From Botryllus schlosseri (Eukaryota), in assembly GCA_051294905.1 (NCBI GenBank), contig CM119372.1, forward strand, positions 16,308,001 to 16,372,000: a stretch of 64,000 bases of DNA. Reading direction: 5' to 3'. The position numbers were made by a program, and so were the translations under genes. Under the pieces are notes generated by a model. That model saw only the letters and a program-made list of their open reading frames with translations. It did no database searches and was not told where the DNA came from. Positions 27,472 to 41,845 of this stretch are shown here, piece by piece. Within the stretch, counting starts at the first letter, position 1; each line of letters opens with the position of its first letter.

Positions 27472-27494
27472 AGTTGATTATTTTGAAAACTAAT

Positions 27495-27662
27495 ATTCTT
27501 TGGTATGTCGAGAAGCCACTACGGACTACTTGGGACATAGTCACTGGAATTGATTTTGCTTGCCAGGCTATGATTTAGGCCAGGTTGATAGCCGTCGATG
27601 CTGTTTGAACCCGAGACTGTAGATCCCGAGACCATAGTGCTCTAACCACTGGACTTCGGCGA
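27495..27662 (-). mobile_element. Possible tRNA-derived SINE remnant
   Basis: The minus strand reads AGTCCAGTGGTTAGAGCAC...GGGTTCAAAC (A/B-box-like). Boundaries approximate. Confidence 0.4.
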
Positions 27663-30600
27663 CTGTGCGTTTTTCAGTAATTTGACGACATGAACCAACT
27701 CTTCATGATTCACCTTAAGAACTGACTTTGAGAAACACTAAACACGTTTGGCGTGAAGGATCTATCCGAATTTTCCCCTGCAGAGTCTCAAAATCTCCGT
27801 GTTCTTGTACGTGTCCGTTTATCAAGTCGAAATACCGCAATCAATTGTCATCCCGTTATTGCTGAATGCAATACCATACCAAACATTTTGGCCCAGTTTC
27901 ATAAGCGTCCAAAATCGCCACCCCCATTGCTCGCATCAAATAAGTCAAGCAATATGCACTTTGAGCAAACACTACTTGGTAATTTCAATTTTCTAGTAGT
28001 CACGTCTTAATATTTGCATAATTTTCAGTTCATCAGTTTTAGTAACCGCTATTATAATATAACCACGTTCGTACCCGAACGCTCATGTATAGTTATGGAT
28101 ACTGCTTGTTATTTATTAAATTATGTGAGCATACATCCAAGTCGCGATTCCTGATCCACGTACTCACCCGACCGCCGAGAAGAAAAAGCAGTCACATCGA
28201 TACAATCGTTGTGGAAAACCAGCAGCAAAAAGAAACAGTAAGCGATGGTCGTCTTCATAGCGTTTTCTCGTTCTGCGATTGCGCACCCGGTCGGAAAGAC
28301 TTTAGCATCGCTAACTATTGAAATGAAACTGCCGGAAACAAGCCACAGTGTATAAAAATCTGTATATGCATTCGAATCCGATGTACGTTAACTGCATTAC
28401 AATACTGCTCTCACGACTCGCGTTCAAAATAGCAAGTTTCAAAGCGGTGAGTTTCAAAATATCGAATACCATATTTTGGGGGTATAGAGAAATTCGTCTC
28501 ATGTCAGCAGTTCAGTATACGTCCAAATAAAACAAACTTAGCAGCCTAATGAAATTCGCGCAGCTGTGGTTAACGAATGAAGTCAATGAAGTCATATCAT
28601 ACGACAATAATTCTAGGTAACCATTTTTTTATGCGCAACCCTCAGAAATACTAGCGATACTCAATACGCGCCCGAAAATATACAACAGTTCCACCGATTT
28701 AACAATAAAGACACCTTCCCTTTACTGTAGATTTGATAATATTGCAAAGCCTTACGTATGCAATCTGTTACGATTCTATTTAATTCAATCCAACGATATT
28801 GTAATTTATTACACTCATATATGTTGGAAGCCAACTTACCGAAATATTCCCCGGTGTTGATTTGCTGTAGAATGAGAAGTGGAACCGTATGTTCCAGCAT
28901 ATATTCTCTTTGTATTGCTCGCGTATGTCAGATCGCCAATCCTTTTTCTTGCAACCATGCTCTGTGTAATATCTCACTCCTGAATGCTGTAACACTTTGC
29001 CCTCGGAATGTCCGCTTTGAAATCGAAGTATAGCTGTTACGCAAACTTAATCGAATGGAGGAAGACAAATCGCTCGACTATGTGTTTTGAAAACAATGTA
29101 AATTCATTTGCGCAAGGTGCGGGGAAGAAAATTAAACTGCTCTGAGGGATAAGTTTGCGCCATCTGCGTGATTAGAAGACGCGATCGAAATAATGAAATT
29201 CGGGCATTCTCGCTATCCGACCTGACCGCAGCAATATGACATTATTCCCATAAAATTATAGCTTCCAGGAGCGTGAACGCATTATAAGATGTATCACTAC
29301 AAAATGGCAATGGAAACATATGACAATGTGTGTATAATATACGATTGACAAATGTTACGATAACCCACTCCAATCGGAAATATTTATTTTTTGAGATATT
29401 AGACTGCGCTTATACTAAATGTCAAATACAGCGATGATATAGCAACAATTGGATTATTTTGGGTGTATAATAAATCGGTTCTCTTTCCTAAATCGGGCAT
29501 TGAGTCTAGTTTACCGTTTGCCACTTTGGCATATTATCGGAATGTGCGCCGTTCGTTTTGCCAGCGAAGGGGAAATAATTCTTTGATCGATAGCCTTTCA
29601 TACCCATGCCATGATCGGTTAATCCTCATAACACCCACATTTGCGCAGTCATGTCTTTGTCTTCACAGGATGGGGATACAGATGTCTTAGGAATGATAGA
29701 TGAAAGATGGATAGGAAAAAATTATCCTGGAGAGAACGAAATAGGCTCGACAATATTAACATTTTCGTTTTTTAAATCCACTGTTGCTGCATGATCGCGT
29801 CTTGCTTCTCAGTCGTGTCAGAGATGCGACTGCGAATCTGCTGTCGGACACGTAAATCTAACAATCATCTTGCGTCCAAAGGAATATATGATGCGATGCG
29901 TAACAACACACGTTTGTGCGCTGCTTGGTCTCAATCACATTTTGGAATACCGTGTATTATGCGGAAAATAGTTAAAATTCCAAATACCTTTTCTATAGGA
30001 ATAGAGTGCTCGTGGACATTGTCGCGGAAATACCACAGGAAGGCTATGGAACAAACAACTGAAGCGAACGTGGTACTGACATTGTTGTTTTTCGTTAACG
30101 ACATTTCCGAACTATAAATTTTAATATTATGTGGATATTCAAACCCGAAACATTTCGAGCAAACACTCTTCAGGAGCAATCATCAGCAAGAATTTCAAAA
30201 CCTTGCATCTAACTTTATTGCACGCATCCAATATAAAAATACTATATTAAAAGCTACCTACGCCAAAACGTCTCTACATTTACTACACCAAAACACCCGA
30301 GTATGTGCAAATCCATCGACTTTGTCACACTATCACTCCACACAATAGCGTGAATTCACCTTCTTTGAACAAACCAGGTGCAGCCAATTCAAAAGCTAGT
30401 CACCCGAAGCATATTTGACATTAAGATATACAATTCTGCGATTTTCATCCTGTTTATTTTTCGATAATCGCATTATTCATGAAGAGTTGTGACAGATTGT
30501 AGGGGGTCGCATACTTTGTTAATTCAGAAAAGTGTTTGGGGTCACGAATCGTCCATAATTGGTCTGTAGAGATGACCTTTTTACAAGACGATGCGTATAT

Positions 30601-33190
30601 CTTGCGGATGGAACCCTAAACTTGTACGTCAACTTGTGAGATCGCTAATGATTTAGTCAGGATATACGGCAAATCTCCAGGAATTTGTAAATACGATTCT
30701 GCAAAATTTTTAGTCCCAATAAAATCGGTGGCCGTGGTCAGAGGGCTTGTAGGGTGAATAATGAACATACTATTTTTCATATGCATATAAACAAGAGCGT
30801 TCTCACCGTGAAAAGCATTTTACCGCTGAAGTCTTAATAATAGTGGCATGCGTGATCTAAACGATAACTCATCTTAGGTCCAGTTACATTTTGAAACAAT
30901 TAATAATGCTACAAATGTCGCTATTTCGAGATAAGTATGCTCTGCTGCAACACTTGGACACGTATAGGCGTAGCAAAGCCTAGATAAGTCATAAAGTGAA
31001 TGAGCTACAATTTTTACCGGAGCCAATAAAAGATGACAACTTCCTGAATCGCAACGGTCATGATTCACACAGTAATGCCGAATTCAATAGAGCTAATGTA
31101 TGGCATTGCCCCGAGCATTCGCCAACACACCCCCAGAATCGTACATCACGTCTAAGAATACCACCCATCGGCTTGCACTTTTGTTATTACACATATGCGT
31201 GTGAAGATTTGCATATTCCTACACTTGCGAGAATATTGGAAATGCCATACCAAAGGATTATTTAGATATTATAAGTGCGGCGAAAATACAATCATTCATG
31301 CGCTATTGTTACTGCCTATTGCGAATAGTGTCGATCACGACTTGCAAGATTGACGAATTATTTTATATGACACAATAAACAAACGATACAATGAGTTGAC
31401 AGGGAAAATCTCACAAAATCTATGATCTAGCTCCGAGTATCATATAGATCATCATAAGTAAAAGGTATATTCAGTCGTTCACAAAACTATAATTCAGTAG
31501 CCCATTACCCATCTGAAACCTTCGCTTGTAAACTTATGAACAGCATATGAACTATTCGCGCTACTTGAGAACCGTAGCATCGCATCAACGAATCTATACC
31601 AAAACCGTGGCTTCCCATGTTCAACACAACCTTTTTATGTAAGATTTGGCTCATTCGTAGAGAGAATAGTGTATCGCCAACACTTTTTTGCATACGAAGG
31701 CGAAAAAAAGCATTGCGAATTTCGTCTCTGGAGGTAATTGGAGAGCAAGTGCTACAACTTTGACACAAAATGGATAAACTGACGTTAATAAAATAGTAGT
31801 TTATTCAAACGTTAGTGATAAGCAATGCCGCGAGGTTCCTGGTGGGTGTGGCAATGACCCATTTAGAGTCAGATTTATAATATATAAACCTCAATTGGTT
31901 GCTGATTCAGCTGCATGCTTGTTTCTTATCACATTAGCACCCTTTACACGCAGGCTGCGTGAGATACCAGATATACATATCCATAATTTAAGATAGCAAA
32001 ATACATAACGGTTACATCAGTAAATCTGCGAGAAACTCATAAAAGTCTTGACCGCCTGATATGCACAATCTAACATATGGCTTGATTAAGATGTGCGATG
32101 ACCTGCCCTAAATATTCGAAGTCATCAGCTCTGCGGTAAATATGATCACGTGTGCTGAAAGAGCATAAAAATTAGTAACATATGCAAGTACAATTAAAAT
32201 CGGGAAAATTCATTTATTAACCTCAAAATATTTTCAAGCTTTTACCATAGCTAAGACAACAAATGCGCGGTAGGTCGCTGGAAATAAATAGATACGTCTT
32301 CCATTCGTGAACTGTGTAATCCCGGATTCTAGTCGTTACGGAAAGAGTGTGCTTGTTTATGAATCGTGCGTATAAAAGGTAGTGATGAAATGGCCCGTAT
32401 CGTAAGTGGTGTTGAAAATACGAGGGCTCAATAAAGGCGCTTGGTGGCGGCCTGACAAAGTAATGTTCGGATCACGGACTGAGGGTACTAGAAATTTAAG
32501 TGAAAGTACACGGGGTACCAGCTGTAAAAGGTTAAGAAACACGGCTCCAAAGGGAAAGTCAAACTAGGACTGCTCGATATTCGCGAATGGTTAGATCCGT
32601 GCTTCGTGGCATTTCATAACGTTTTGAATTGCTAATTTATAGCATTGGCCTATAAACTTGGAGTATTACTAATTACAAGTATTGTGAATTGTACGCTGTT
32701 CTCAAACCACGCATTCGCTCGAGCTATACATCGATATTATATTCATTCACACAGATTGCTCTAAAACTCTAATGGTTAAAGCGATGGAACGTGACGAGCT
32801 CTAACATTTACGTTACGTCTACAAGGTATTCACTTGTTAAACAGAAATTTTTGAAGGATAGGGAACATTGCTGCTTGATGTGTCAATAAGGCCTCCGGGG
32901 TTAAGCCCTCGCGGCTTAAATAACGCTTTTTGTACTCCATAACTACTCCATAACTGCTTTGCGGCTTTTTATTTGTCACGTTGCTGTGAATTCAACCTTG
33001 AAATTGTATTCCGGTGGCAGATATATTTCTCAATACACGGCCGGAAATATACAGCACGAAATGTGTTTTGCACTTTCATCTTTCTACCTGAAATATTTAA
33101 AATGATGCTACAGATAACGCGGAACGGATCATCTCACTATGCTTTGTTGATGCTCATCAAATAAACGCATTCATCTCTTTAAGTCCATAT

Positions 33191-33851
33191 TAGGGCTCTT
33201 CAAAAATGACTTTTTTTCTCAAATCGTACTGGCTACTTGATAAAATTGTTACATTACCTAATTTAAGCCTACACACAAAATTTGGTTCAATTCCAGCCAG
33301 TAACCGCTTTGCTACAGCAGAAGAAAATTTCTATTTATTATATAAAAATAAATAATAAAAAATTTGAAAATTTTCTGTTCACCCCATGAAAGAGTTAGGT
33401 TGTCTATAGAAATGATGCCACCAAATTTGGTTCGATTCCAACCAGTGGAAGCGGAGTTATTGCCGTCGAAAAATTTTGATTTGAATAAAATAGTATTTAC
33501 GGTGACCGATTCTTTGTTTATTTGTTATAGTTGTGCTCACCGTAAATACTATTTTATTCAAATCCAAATTTTTCGACCGCAATAACTCCGCTTCCACTGG
33601 TTGGAATTGAACCAAATTTGGTGAGCATCGTTTCTATAGACAGCCTAACACTTTCATGGGGTGAACAGAAAATTTTCACATTTTTTATCATTTATTTTTA
33701 GATAATAAATAGAAACTTTCTTCTCCTGTAGCAAAGCGGTTACTGGCTGGAATTAAACCAAATTTTGTGTGTAGGCTTAAATTAGGTAACCTAACAATTT
33801 TATCAAGTAGCCAGTACGATTTGAGAAAAAAGTCATTTTTGAAGAGCCCTG
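33191..33851. mobile_element. Palindromic (foldback) MITE, family D, more complete copy
   Basis: Ends TAGGGCTCTTCAAAAATGAC / GTCATTTTTGAAGAGCCCTG with arms of over 300 bp. TSD GTCCATAT/CTGCATAT (6/8). Confidence 0.9.
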
Positions 33852-34222
33852 CTGCATATGTGTGTCGTGGCGCGGTATTGGTTAGCACCGATAGGCCAAT
33901 TTCTATATTTTTTTAAGGGGAGGGGCATGCATATTAAAATGAAAATATCTAGCGACATTAAATCGTAAAGCGCAATGAAAATTTTCGAAGTTATTTAAAT
34001 ATCTCAAAATTTTCAATCTCGCCCTTATCCAATTGAGGGTTTGGCGCAAGCAGTTGCGGCCCTGCCTAGAATGCAGATCGTTTGGTGCAAGAAATCGTCA
34101 GCTATAAAGTCGTGTAATAGGTAGGCCTATATTGTGGCGTGTCACGAAAATGACGTCATATTTAAAAAATATTTGTTCTCGCATGAAGTCTTTTTATTGT
34201 AATCGTTATATTGTCTTCCAAT

Positions 34223-35451
34223 CAGAGGTGGTCAGTAACGAAGTACTTCTAATTTTCCAAAGTACTCAAGTAGTTTTCCACTACTTGCGGTACTTACTCA
34301 GGTAGAACTAGTTTCCGCTACTTCTACTTCTACTTCGAAATATTTTGCGATCTACTTACTTACCTTTCGCTATTTTCAGTTTGTCAAGTAGAAGTAGTTT
34401 TATCCTCCAATGAGAAAGATAGCCTAAGGACTTTTGGAGCTGTTTTCACGGTGTACCGACATTTAGTTTTCATAAAAGTTAAGTAAAGCCCTGAATTTTC
34501 GTCGCGCTTCGTGCACAGTAGACATAAGGCGACAAATGTGTTTTCACGAATTTGTCGGGGAATATCATTTAGGTAGAGGGCTGTGTGGTTCCGTTCACAC
34601 CGCATTGTCGCCCATATGAGATATGACATCACAGTAAATATGGCCCATCATAACGTTTGTAATTACCGTTCCGCAATCTAGAAATTACCTATCATGTCGT
34701 AGTCTAGCAGCCCATAGCATCTCCTAATCTGGAAAAGTGGACTCTGATCATTTTATCGTAGCACACCACCGTTGAAAATTTCTGGACAAAAGATATGAAA
34801 TATATTTCCGCTTTTAAGAAGTAGTATTTGTGTTTCTCTTTCTATTCCCAGTATCATACTTTAAGTTTTAATTATTTTCAGTTCTTTTGTCTGGAGAACA
34901 TACATGTTGAAGCATAAAAGCAAGTGAGGTAATGCTTCTATTTTCCAAAAATAAATCTACACTATATGATAGTTTTACGACCCGCCATATTTTTTATTAA
35001 AGCATACTAGTCGCGCAAAGTGTCAACTTTACACCGTATCCGATACAACTTCTCCTTATTGCTCTTCGATCCAACTACGGGCCTTATACTTTGGGAGAGG
35101 GTGCCATGCCATGATATTTTCTAAAACGTGCTAGTGTTCGAGTAAACATCGGATTAGTATCGCATTTCCAGATCAATACTATCCTTTACATCCTATGATG
35201 TGGATGAATGCTTATTCTGTCAAAAATTACGACTTAATTTGCAGCTTTTGACAATCCATGTGAACGAATTACGATCGTTTTCACAACTACTTCCTTACTT
35301 GAGTAGATTTAAAACAGTCAATTCTACTTCTACATCAAGTAGTTTTGGGTTGCTTATGGAAAAAGTACTTCTACTCGTACTTGAGTAGATTTTGTCGTCG
35401 CTACTTCTACTTCTACTTGAGTAGCTTTCTTGACTACTTTGACCACCTCTG
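34223..35451 (+). mobile_element. hAT (Ac-like) non-autonomous element, family F
   Basis: Ends CAGAGGTGGTCA / TGACCACCTCTG. Perfect TSD CTTCCAAT. Subterminal TACTT repeats. Second copy from 63023. Confidence 0.9.
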
Positions 35452-38400
35452 CTTCCAATATGTCTCAAAAATGAGTTCTAAGAACCAAAATAAATGCATC
35501 GTGAGTAATCATGATTACTTTTCCATGTAATCGGAATCTAATCGATTACTTCGAGATTTTGCTGTATTCGTAATCGCGCGATTCTTAAAGTAGTCGTAAT
35601 TGCAATCGATTACATTCATGAAGTAATCACCACATGTCTGGACTCACTTGCTATAGTTGCTGACTTATTCATTAATTTGAGTTTAAATACATTTTGAATT
35701 TACATCAGGGGTTCCTAAACCGGGGGTCATGGGGGCCATGAAACAATTTATGCACTCCCATGACTCCACTATGACAAAAGAGAGTCCTGCATTGAAAATG
35801 GTTTTACAAAATGCTGATTCCTCAAAATGAACCATATACCGAGTTTGGTGTCAACGATGTCCTTTTTGATATCGGATTATCAAATCAAGGCATGGAGTTT
35901 GATATTGCACAAATGCGCAGCGCGGGTGTGGTGCTAGAGGGCACATAAACATGAAGATCTTTTCCGTCTTAGGGTTGGAATTCAGATTCAGGCTAACCGT
36001 AAACAAATTGAGTACTTTACAAATTAAGGCACGCAGAAAGATCACATATGGTTGGAGTTAATTTAATTTTCCTAATTTTGTATAATTACTGCGGGTATAT
36101 AAGCTAATACGTCGAAACACTTATCACGGAGTGTGGAATGTGGTGTTTTCTGCATCCAAGTAACCACTTAGTCTGTCAGAGAATGTCTGTTTTAAATACG
36201 CGAGTATTATGGAGATCATATTACATATATCTAGATATATATAGGTTGCATTAACTCATATGGATAAAATATGGGCCTGTACTTCTAGCAAGAACAATAG
36301 CAACTGGAATGGATGATATCCTCCAATATTCTCTGTATACTCTGTTTAGATCTGATGAGATGTTGCCCCATGTATCATGCTACCCTGTAGGTTCCTTATC
36401 TTTATAATTCAGTATGTATATTTGGATCAATCGTGTCATATCCAGTGTTGTGTGTAAACAAGTCGATTTCGGATACTTAAAGACAGCTGAAAGCACACAA
36501 AAGCACTTAACCTTAACATTGCCTGTTGTCAAAACACCACGGGTCAACTGTCAATACCGCTAGTCGAAGTTTCATGAACCTCATAAGTTGAATGTCCACA
36601 AGATAACTATATGCATTCAAGTTCTGTTATGAAAATGAGGAGGAACACGTTTTATTTCTCTTTGGAGTCCACGCCACCAATATGCTTGTGATGCGAGGGA
36701 ACCGCAAGGTCATCGTGTCTGACGCACCACCATTTTTCTACCCGTACAAACCCGGTGTGCTCAACGCCTAGTGTGGTAGCCGTGGACGCCAGTTTTACGC
36801 TCAGGTATTTGGTCTGAACAATATGGTGAGAAGTGGTTCGTAACGGGGTACCCGGGACCGATCTCATGGATTCCGCTGGAGGTCGAGACACACACCCAAC
36901 TCATACGTATGATTCCTGATAACACGCATGTCTTGGCCATCATTGGCTGTAGGCAATAAGGAACGGTCAATAGTCGAATTTTGAATGTTCTCCTGGTACT
37001 TCGTGTGCAGTGACGTACGCAGGGCAGGTTGGAGTTCAAAATCGAAACCTCGTCCTTCCGAAATATCAATTTTATCTCCAACATTTATAAGCTCATTTGC
37101 AATTGCATAATTGGTATCACGCTGTTGCGTTTCGACCGAGCAATACGATGATGCTTTCCAATGTCAGGCCTCGCAATTCTGAACCGGTACCTGAAAGGGA
37201 AGAGAATAAGTCCCACTGATATCCAATAAGTACCTGTTATATTGCTTTCGTTTTGTATGAAAGTTATAATTTAATGATTTTGTTCTTATACCACTCATGT
37301 ATGTACTGCACACATTACGTAAAATCATTTTTGTTTGGCTCGATTTTTGATGCGACGTTATATTTTGTGGGACGCGAAGCTCGGAAATCTAAATATTTTT
37401 TCGTATCATCGATACTTTGGTTAATTTATCACACACACCCCCTTTATTTTTTCTGAAAAATACCTAATTTCAAAGCTATTTTTTGTAAAGTAATTTAAAC
37501 CAACTTATAGTAATCAAATAATACTAAACAAGAGCTTGCAGGCAGTATGTCGTAATGTCAGCTTTCACATGACAAAAACTGAGCTGGAGTTATTTAAAAT
37601 TAACGTTACGCATGACTGATTTTGAAACGCATTGAGAGGTAACCTTGGTTTTGACCAATGACCCCATGTGTTGGGGATGGGATTTTCATCTAAGCATCCA
37701 GAGCATCTTTTATTCTGTGATTAGATGCAATGAATCGATCTTGTCAACATAGCTCCGCTGTTTTATGGCCGTTACTGTGGCATGCGATGTCAAAGTAATA
37801 GAGCTTGACGGTTGCGTGAACACAAAATAGCCACTTTAGAAGTGCGATAACTTTGAATCGAGGGTTCAATTTTGACGGAAATAGTTTGGCTGCATTCAGT
37901 GCTAGATACGAGACCGATCCCTAACTTTTACATGTAAATCTGAGACCCAGTTGGGAAACCATCTGTACGATGTGACTTGGAATCACCTGTGAGCAAACCA
38001 TTCACATATTTGCAATAGAGAAGTTCGTCATCGTATCATATTAAAGAAATAAATCCGAGCGGGGCTTACAATATTCGTAGGCCCCGATCTGAATGTCTCT
38101 TTCTGTGTGGAGGTGTTTTTCAACCACCAATCAACAAATTCGACTGGTTTAATTGTGATATTGGTAATTGTTTTGCTGTAAATCACGCATTAAAGCATTC
38201 AATTCCCTTTAAAAGGGAAATAAGTCTCCTGATTTCTTACTTATATGCATCCCTCGTCAATATTTGAGATATTTATTATTGCGAAGTTTTTACATCCAGT
38301 TCCAACTATATTGATAGGGAGAACATAAAAGTAGAAGTTGCATAAACTTGTTAGCTACCATCATTATAACCCACGTATTGTGGTGGGTTCGCACTAGCAA

Positions 38401-39873
38401 GATTCGCTATTGCGAATAAGTGCAGTGGATGACGGTGATTTCGATAAGTAGGCGGCTTTCTTCACTTGACCTTTTGATCTTGGCTATGTTTATCATACAG
38501 AAGTAATAGTACTAGTCATAGTATTGGTTCTTGTCTCTCTCTTCGAACTATAATGGCAAATAACATAACTCCGCTGTCGGATCCCCTCAACCGATCTTCA
38601 AGATAATATCGATATCTGCAGTTAAACGCCATTTTGGTAGTATCTACTACTAGGCATCCCACTCTATGCGGTCTATAACGTGTTCACTACTTGACTTCTT
38701 TCGCTGTTTTAATGGAAATGTGTTTTCTACAACGATACATCCTCAAACATTGCAAAATAAATCTCGTGAGTTCTGCATTGTCTATTGCAAGTGCGACTTC
38801 TATATAGAAGAAATGTTATCACAATAAAAAAAGAAGTAACTAAACGATATTATAATATCTATAGGTGTATTGGAGCCTTGAACGGAGAAGAAATAGCTTG
38901 CCAGTAGATTTTTGCAATGCTAGCCGAGACCCGCTATTCTGATGCAGACCCCAACAACTTCACTTCATTTATGAGTTAACTGAGCTTTGGGCTTCCTTCA
39001 GTTCTAAAAATCTATGTATGGCAGACATGAACCCACAGCTCAGCAGTGGTTACATAATACTAAATTTGATTTACGCAATTCATTATGTATTGCAGTTTAG
39101 ATGCATCGTATTTACGATAAATGTATCGTTTCTTACTAAACCTCTATCTCAGACGACCGCTTGAATAAGTCGTCTGTTTTCTTGCCGAAGTTGTCATCAT
39201 CGCCGCTGTAATTGATTCGGAGAAGAATCCTAGCTTTTTGAGGCATCGATTCTCATTTGGAGTCGATTGCACTCTGACAAACACAATTACGCATCGGTCA
39301 CTGCGAGTATAGTTATAAGCCTACCTACATCCAAAGTATCGAAGAAGCATCGTGTTACGATGTTGTCCTGTCAATTTAGCTTTGAAATGCTTTCCTAAAC
39401 TTTCCTTCTAATGTCACCAACAGGAAACATTATTAAGCGCAGTAAAACGATAATGTCGACTTAATATGTATTGTTATACTTGTCAAATCCTATACTCAAC
39501 AATTCGAGGCAAAGGTAGAAATCATAAAAGTCAAACCTCCACACTGATGTATGACAGGGCGACCATGAACCGTCCCGTGTGTGATCACGAAACCTAGTTT
39601 TAAAAACGATCAATTTTGTACTCCCTCTTACTGCCCAGCATTACGCAACCCGCTTGAAACTGGTACACAGATACAGGGCATCCTAAAGTAAATTTCTGTC
39701 CACTCTATATCATTCAGCTTCATATAGCCTGTATTGTACACAACACCAATTCCACAGAACTATTAGTCTATAGTTGCCATAAATTCGTAGCGAACATAAT
39801 ATGCGATAGTTCAATGTTTCAACAAGCACAGTTTACTTAATTGCGCGCCCCTTCTATTTGCTCCAATATGAGT

Positions 39874-41298
39874 TCAATTTTCAGACGTTGTGCAGCGGTA
39901 AAGGAATATACTGCCGGCAATACCCACAGTTATCGCAAGAGCGATGGTTATAGTAATGGTTTGTGATATATGATAGGGAAAGATTGATTGCAAAGCAGTC
40001 CCTACCAGACCGAATACGACCATAGACAAAGTCATGAAGAAATACCAAACACCAGATAGCCTACTGCGAAACGCGAAATTGGATTTCAGGTTTTCTTTAT
40101 CGCCAGCTGCTTGATGAATCATTTCGAGAAAGCCAAAGTTTTGAACAGTGGCGGCACAATTCGTGAAAACCACCACTACTACAAACAGAGGCAACAGTTG
40201 CAGAGAAGAAGCGAACGCGAAATTGATCGCAAGTAAACCAACGAAACAGATGGACATCAAAACTTCTCTATAGACGTGCTTCATATCTGAGAGGTATCCT
40301 ACCGCAGTACACGCCATCGCAACGAACGTATCACCTACCGACATAATCCAACCTACTAAAACGATTGAGATGCCCATCTTCTGTGCATATGTAGTAAAAG
40401 ATGCGTCGTACACAGCGAATGCGCCACTGCAAGCTGATGCGACACCTAGAACAAGGACAGATTTCGGGTTGAAAATGTAATACCAAGTTCGACAATCCGA
40501 ATCGTCACGTTTTTCAATGTAATCCGGCAAGAACATCCAGCCAACAACTGAAAGCAACAAGGGAGGGACAGCGCTAGCGATAAATGGAATAGATACGCTG
40601 TCTCTGATGCTATACAGGCTGCCGCCAATAATCGGACCTAAGATGAAGCCTGTACTAGTCATAACTCCAATCATACCGAACGCTTTACCAATATGGTCAG
40701 GTAGCTCTTGCCATAGAAGGGTCAGTAGAGCAACGCTAAAAAAGCCTTGTCCGAGTCCTTGCACAGCTTTCACTGAAACACCAACCGCCAAAAAGGCGTA
40801 ATGATCCAGGTAATCCAGTGACGTAAGACATCCCTGAGATAGCGCCACGCTCAAAAGTCCCATCCATATGAACTTTTTTGTGGGTATGCTCTGCTGAAAG
40901 TAGCCGCATATCAGACTCGCCAACGATGCAAGAAAATAGGATGAGTTGATAATTGCAGCAGCGTATATGCTGTCACCTCCTCGGGAGACACTGACCCTGG
41001 CAAGAAAAGTTCCCGGTATACTCGTGCAAAAGTATATGGAGGATGTACTGATCGCCGCGAATAGTACCGTGAGCTTCTGTCTTCTGCTTGTACTGGACCA
41101 GAAAGACTTCTCTTTTTCTTTCTCCGGATCACGTAAGGTTCCCTGATTTCGTTTGCAATCGCCGGTATCTTCATTATCTTGCTGCTCGCCCGCGAGAAGA
41201 TACTTAGATTCGAAGTTTGCTTCCATGCGTGAAGGTATTTTATTACAATAATAATGGACCTGGAGATTTACAAGCACCAGTCGTTTGATAGTTCTCAT
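39874..41298 (-). CDS. MFS-type transporter, SLC18B1-like (intronless paralog 1)
   Basis: Intact ORF with about 12 hydrophobic segments, N-terminal RRQKLTVL, and the motif GFILGPIIGGSLY...PF typical of SLC18/DHA1-type MFS. Start is ATG 41298 (shared with the paralog) or ATG 41226. Confidence 0.85.
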   Translation of the reverse strand: MRTIKRLVLVNLQVHYYCNKIPSRMEANFESKYLLAGEQQDNEDTGDCKRNQGTLRDPEKEKEKSFWSSTSRRQKLTVLFAAISTSSIYFCTSIPGTFLARVSVSRGGDSIYAAAIINSSYFLASLASLICGYFQQSIPTKKFIWMGLLSVALSQGCLTSLDYLDHYAFLAVGVSVKAVQGLGQGFFSVALLTLLWQELPDHIGKAFGMIGVMTSTGFILGPIIGGSLYSIRDSVSIPFIASAVPPLLLSVVGWMFLPDYIEKRDDSDCRTWYYIFNPKSVLVLGVASACSGAFAVYDASFTTYAQKMGISIVLVGWIMSVGDTFVAMACTAVGYLSDMKHVYREVLMSICFVGLLAINFAFASSLQLLPLFVVVVVFTNCAATVQNFGFLEMIHQAAGDKENLKSNFAFRSRLSGVWYFFMTLSMVVFGLVGTALQSIFPYHISQTITITIALAITVGIAGSIFLYRCTTSEN

Positions 41299-41845
41299 AT
41301 ATTTTAACGACGTCCGATTTCGGTATTCAATTCCCAGTAACGTGCTCACTGCTCAGTTTTACATTCGTAGTCTGACTCAGCACCTATGTCGTAGAGGCTG
41401 TTGTAGGGATTGCAGCTACTTGACTATACTTGATCAATTCTCGGTTGCATATTAAGATTATGAAATATGACCGCTTCATGGAGCCCTGGCTAATACATAT
41501 CAGTAACATGGGCCAATGGGAAAATGTACAGAGCCTATAGCGGTACCAATTCATGAGCGCGACAATGCATCGTTTGTCACCACGGTGGTCATGACAGTCT
41601 CTTGAATATACATATGTTCAGTAACGCACGGTGACCGAATTCCGAACACGTTTAAATATTTATTGCATGCCGTCTTGAAGCCTTATTGCCTGTATACCTG
41701 CCATTCTTTCGACGCATGTTTTCATCCCAATGCTGACGTTCGATGCTCACCATCCACACGAAAACTATTATGATAAAACAATATATTTTAAATTTTCAAC
41801 CTTTCTTATTCGCGTCAATCGGTATAAAATGAGGTTACTAAATAG

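Noticed and set aside
36640..37200. Minus-strand exon with acceptor TTTCAG at about 37191 and a ~100-codon open frame
   Set aside because: The long frame has a TGA just after the acceptor, the other frames stop early, and I recognise no domain. It could be a UTR or non-coding exon but is unsupported.
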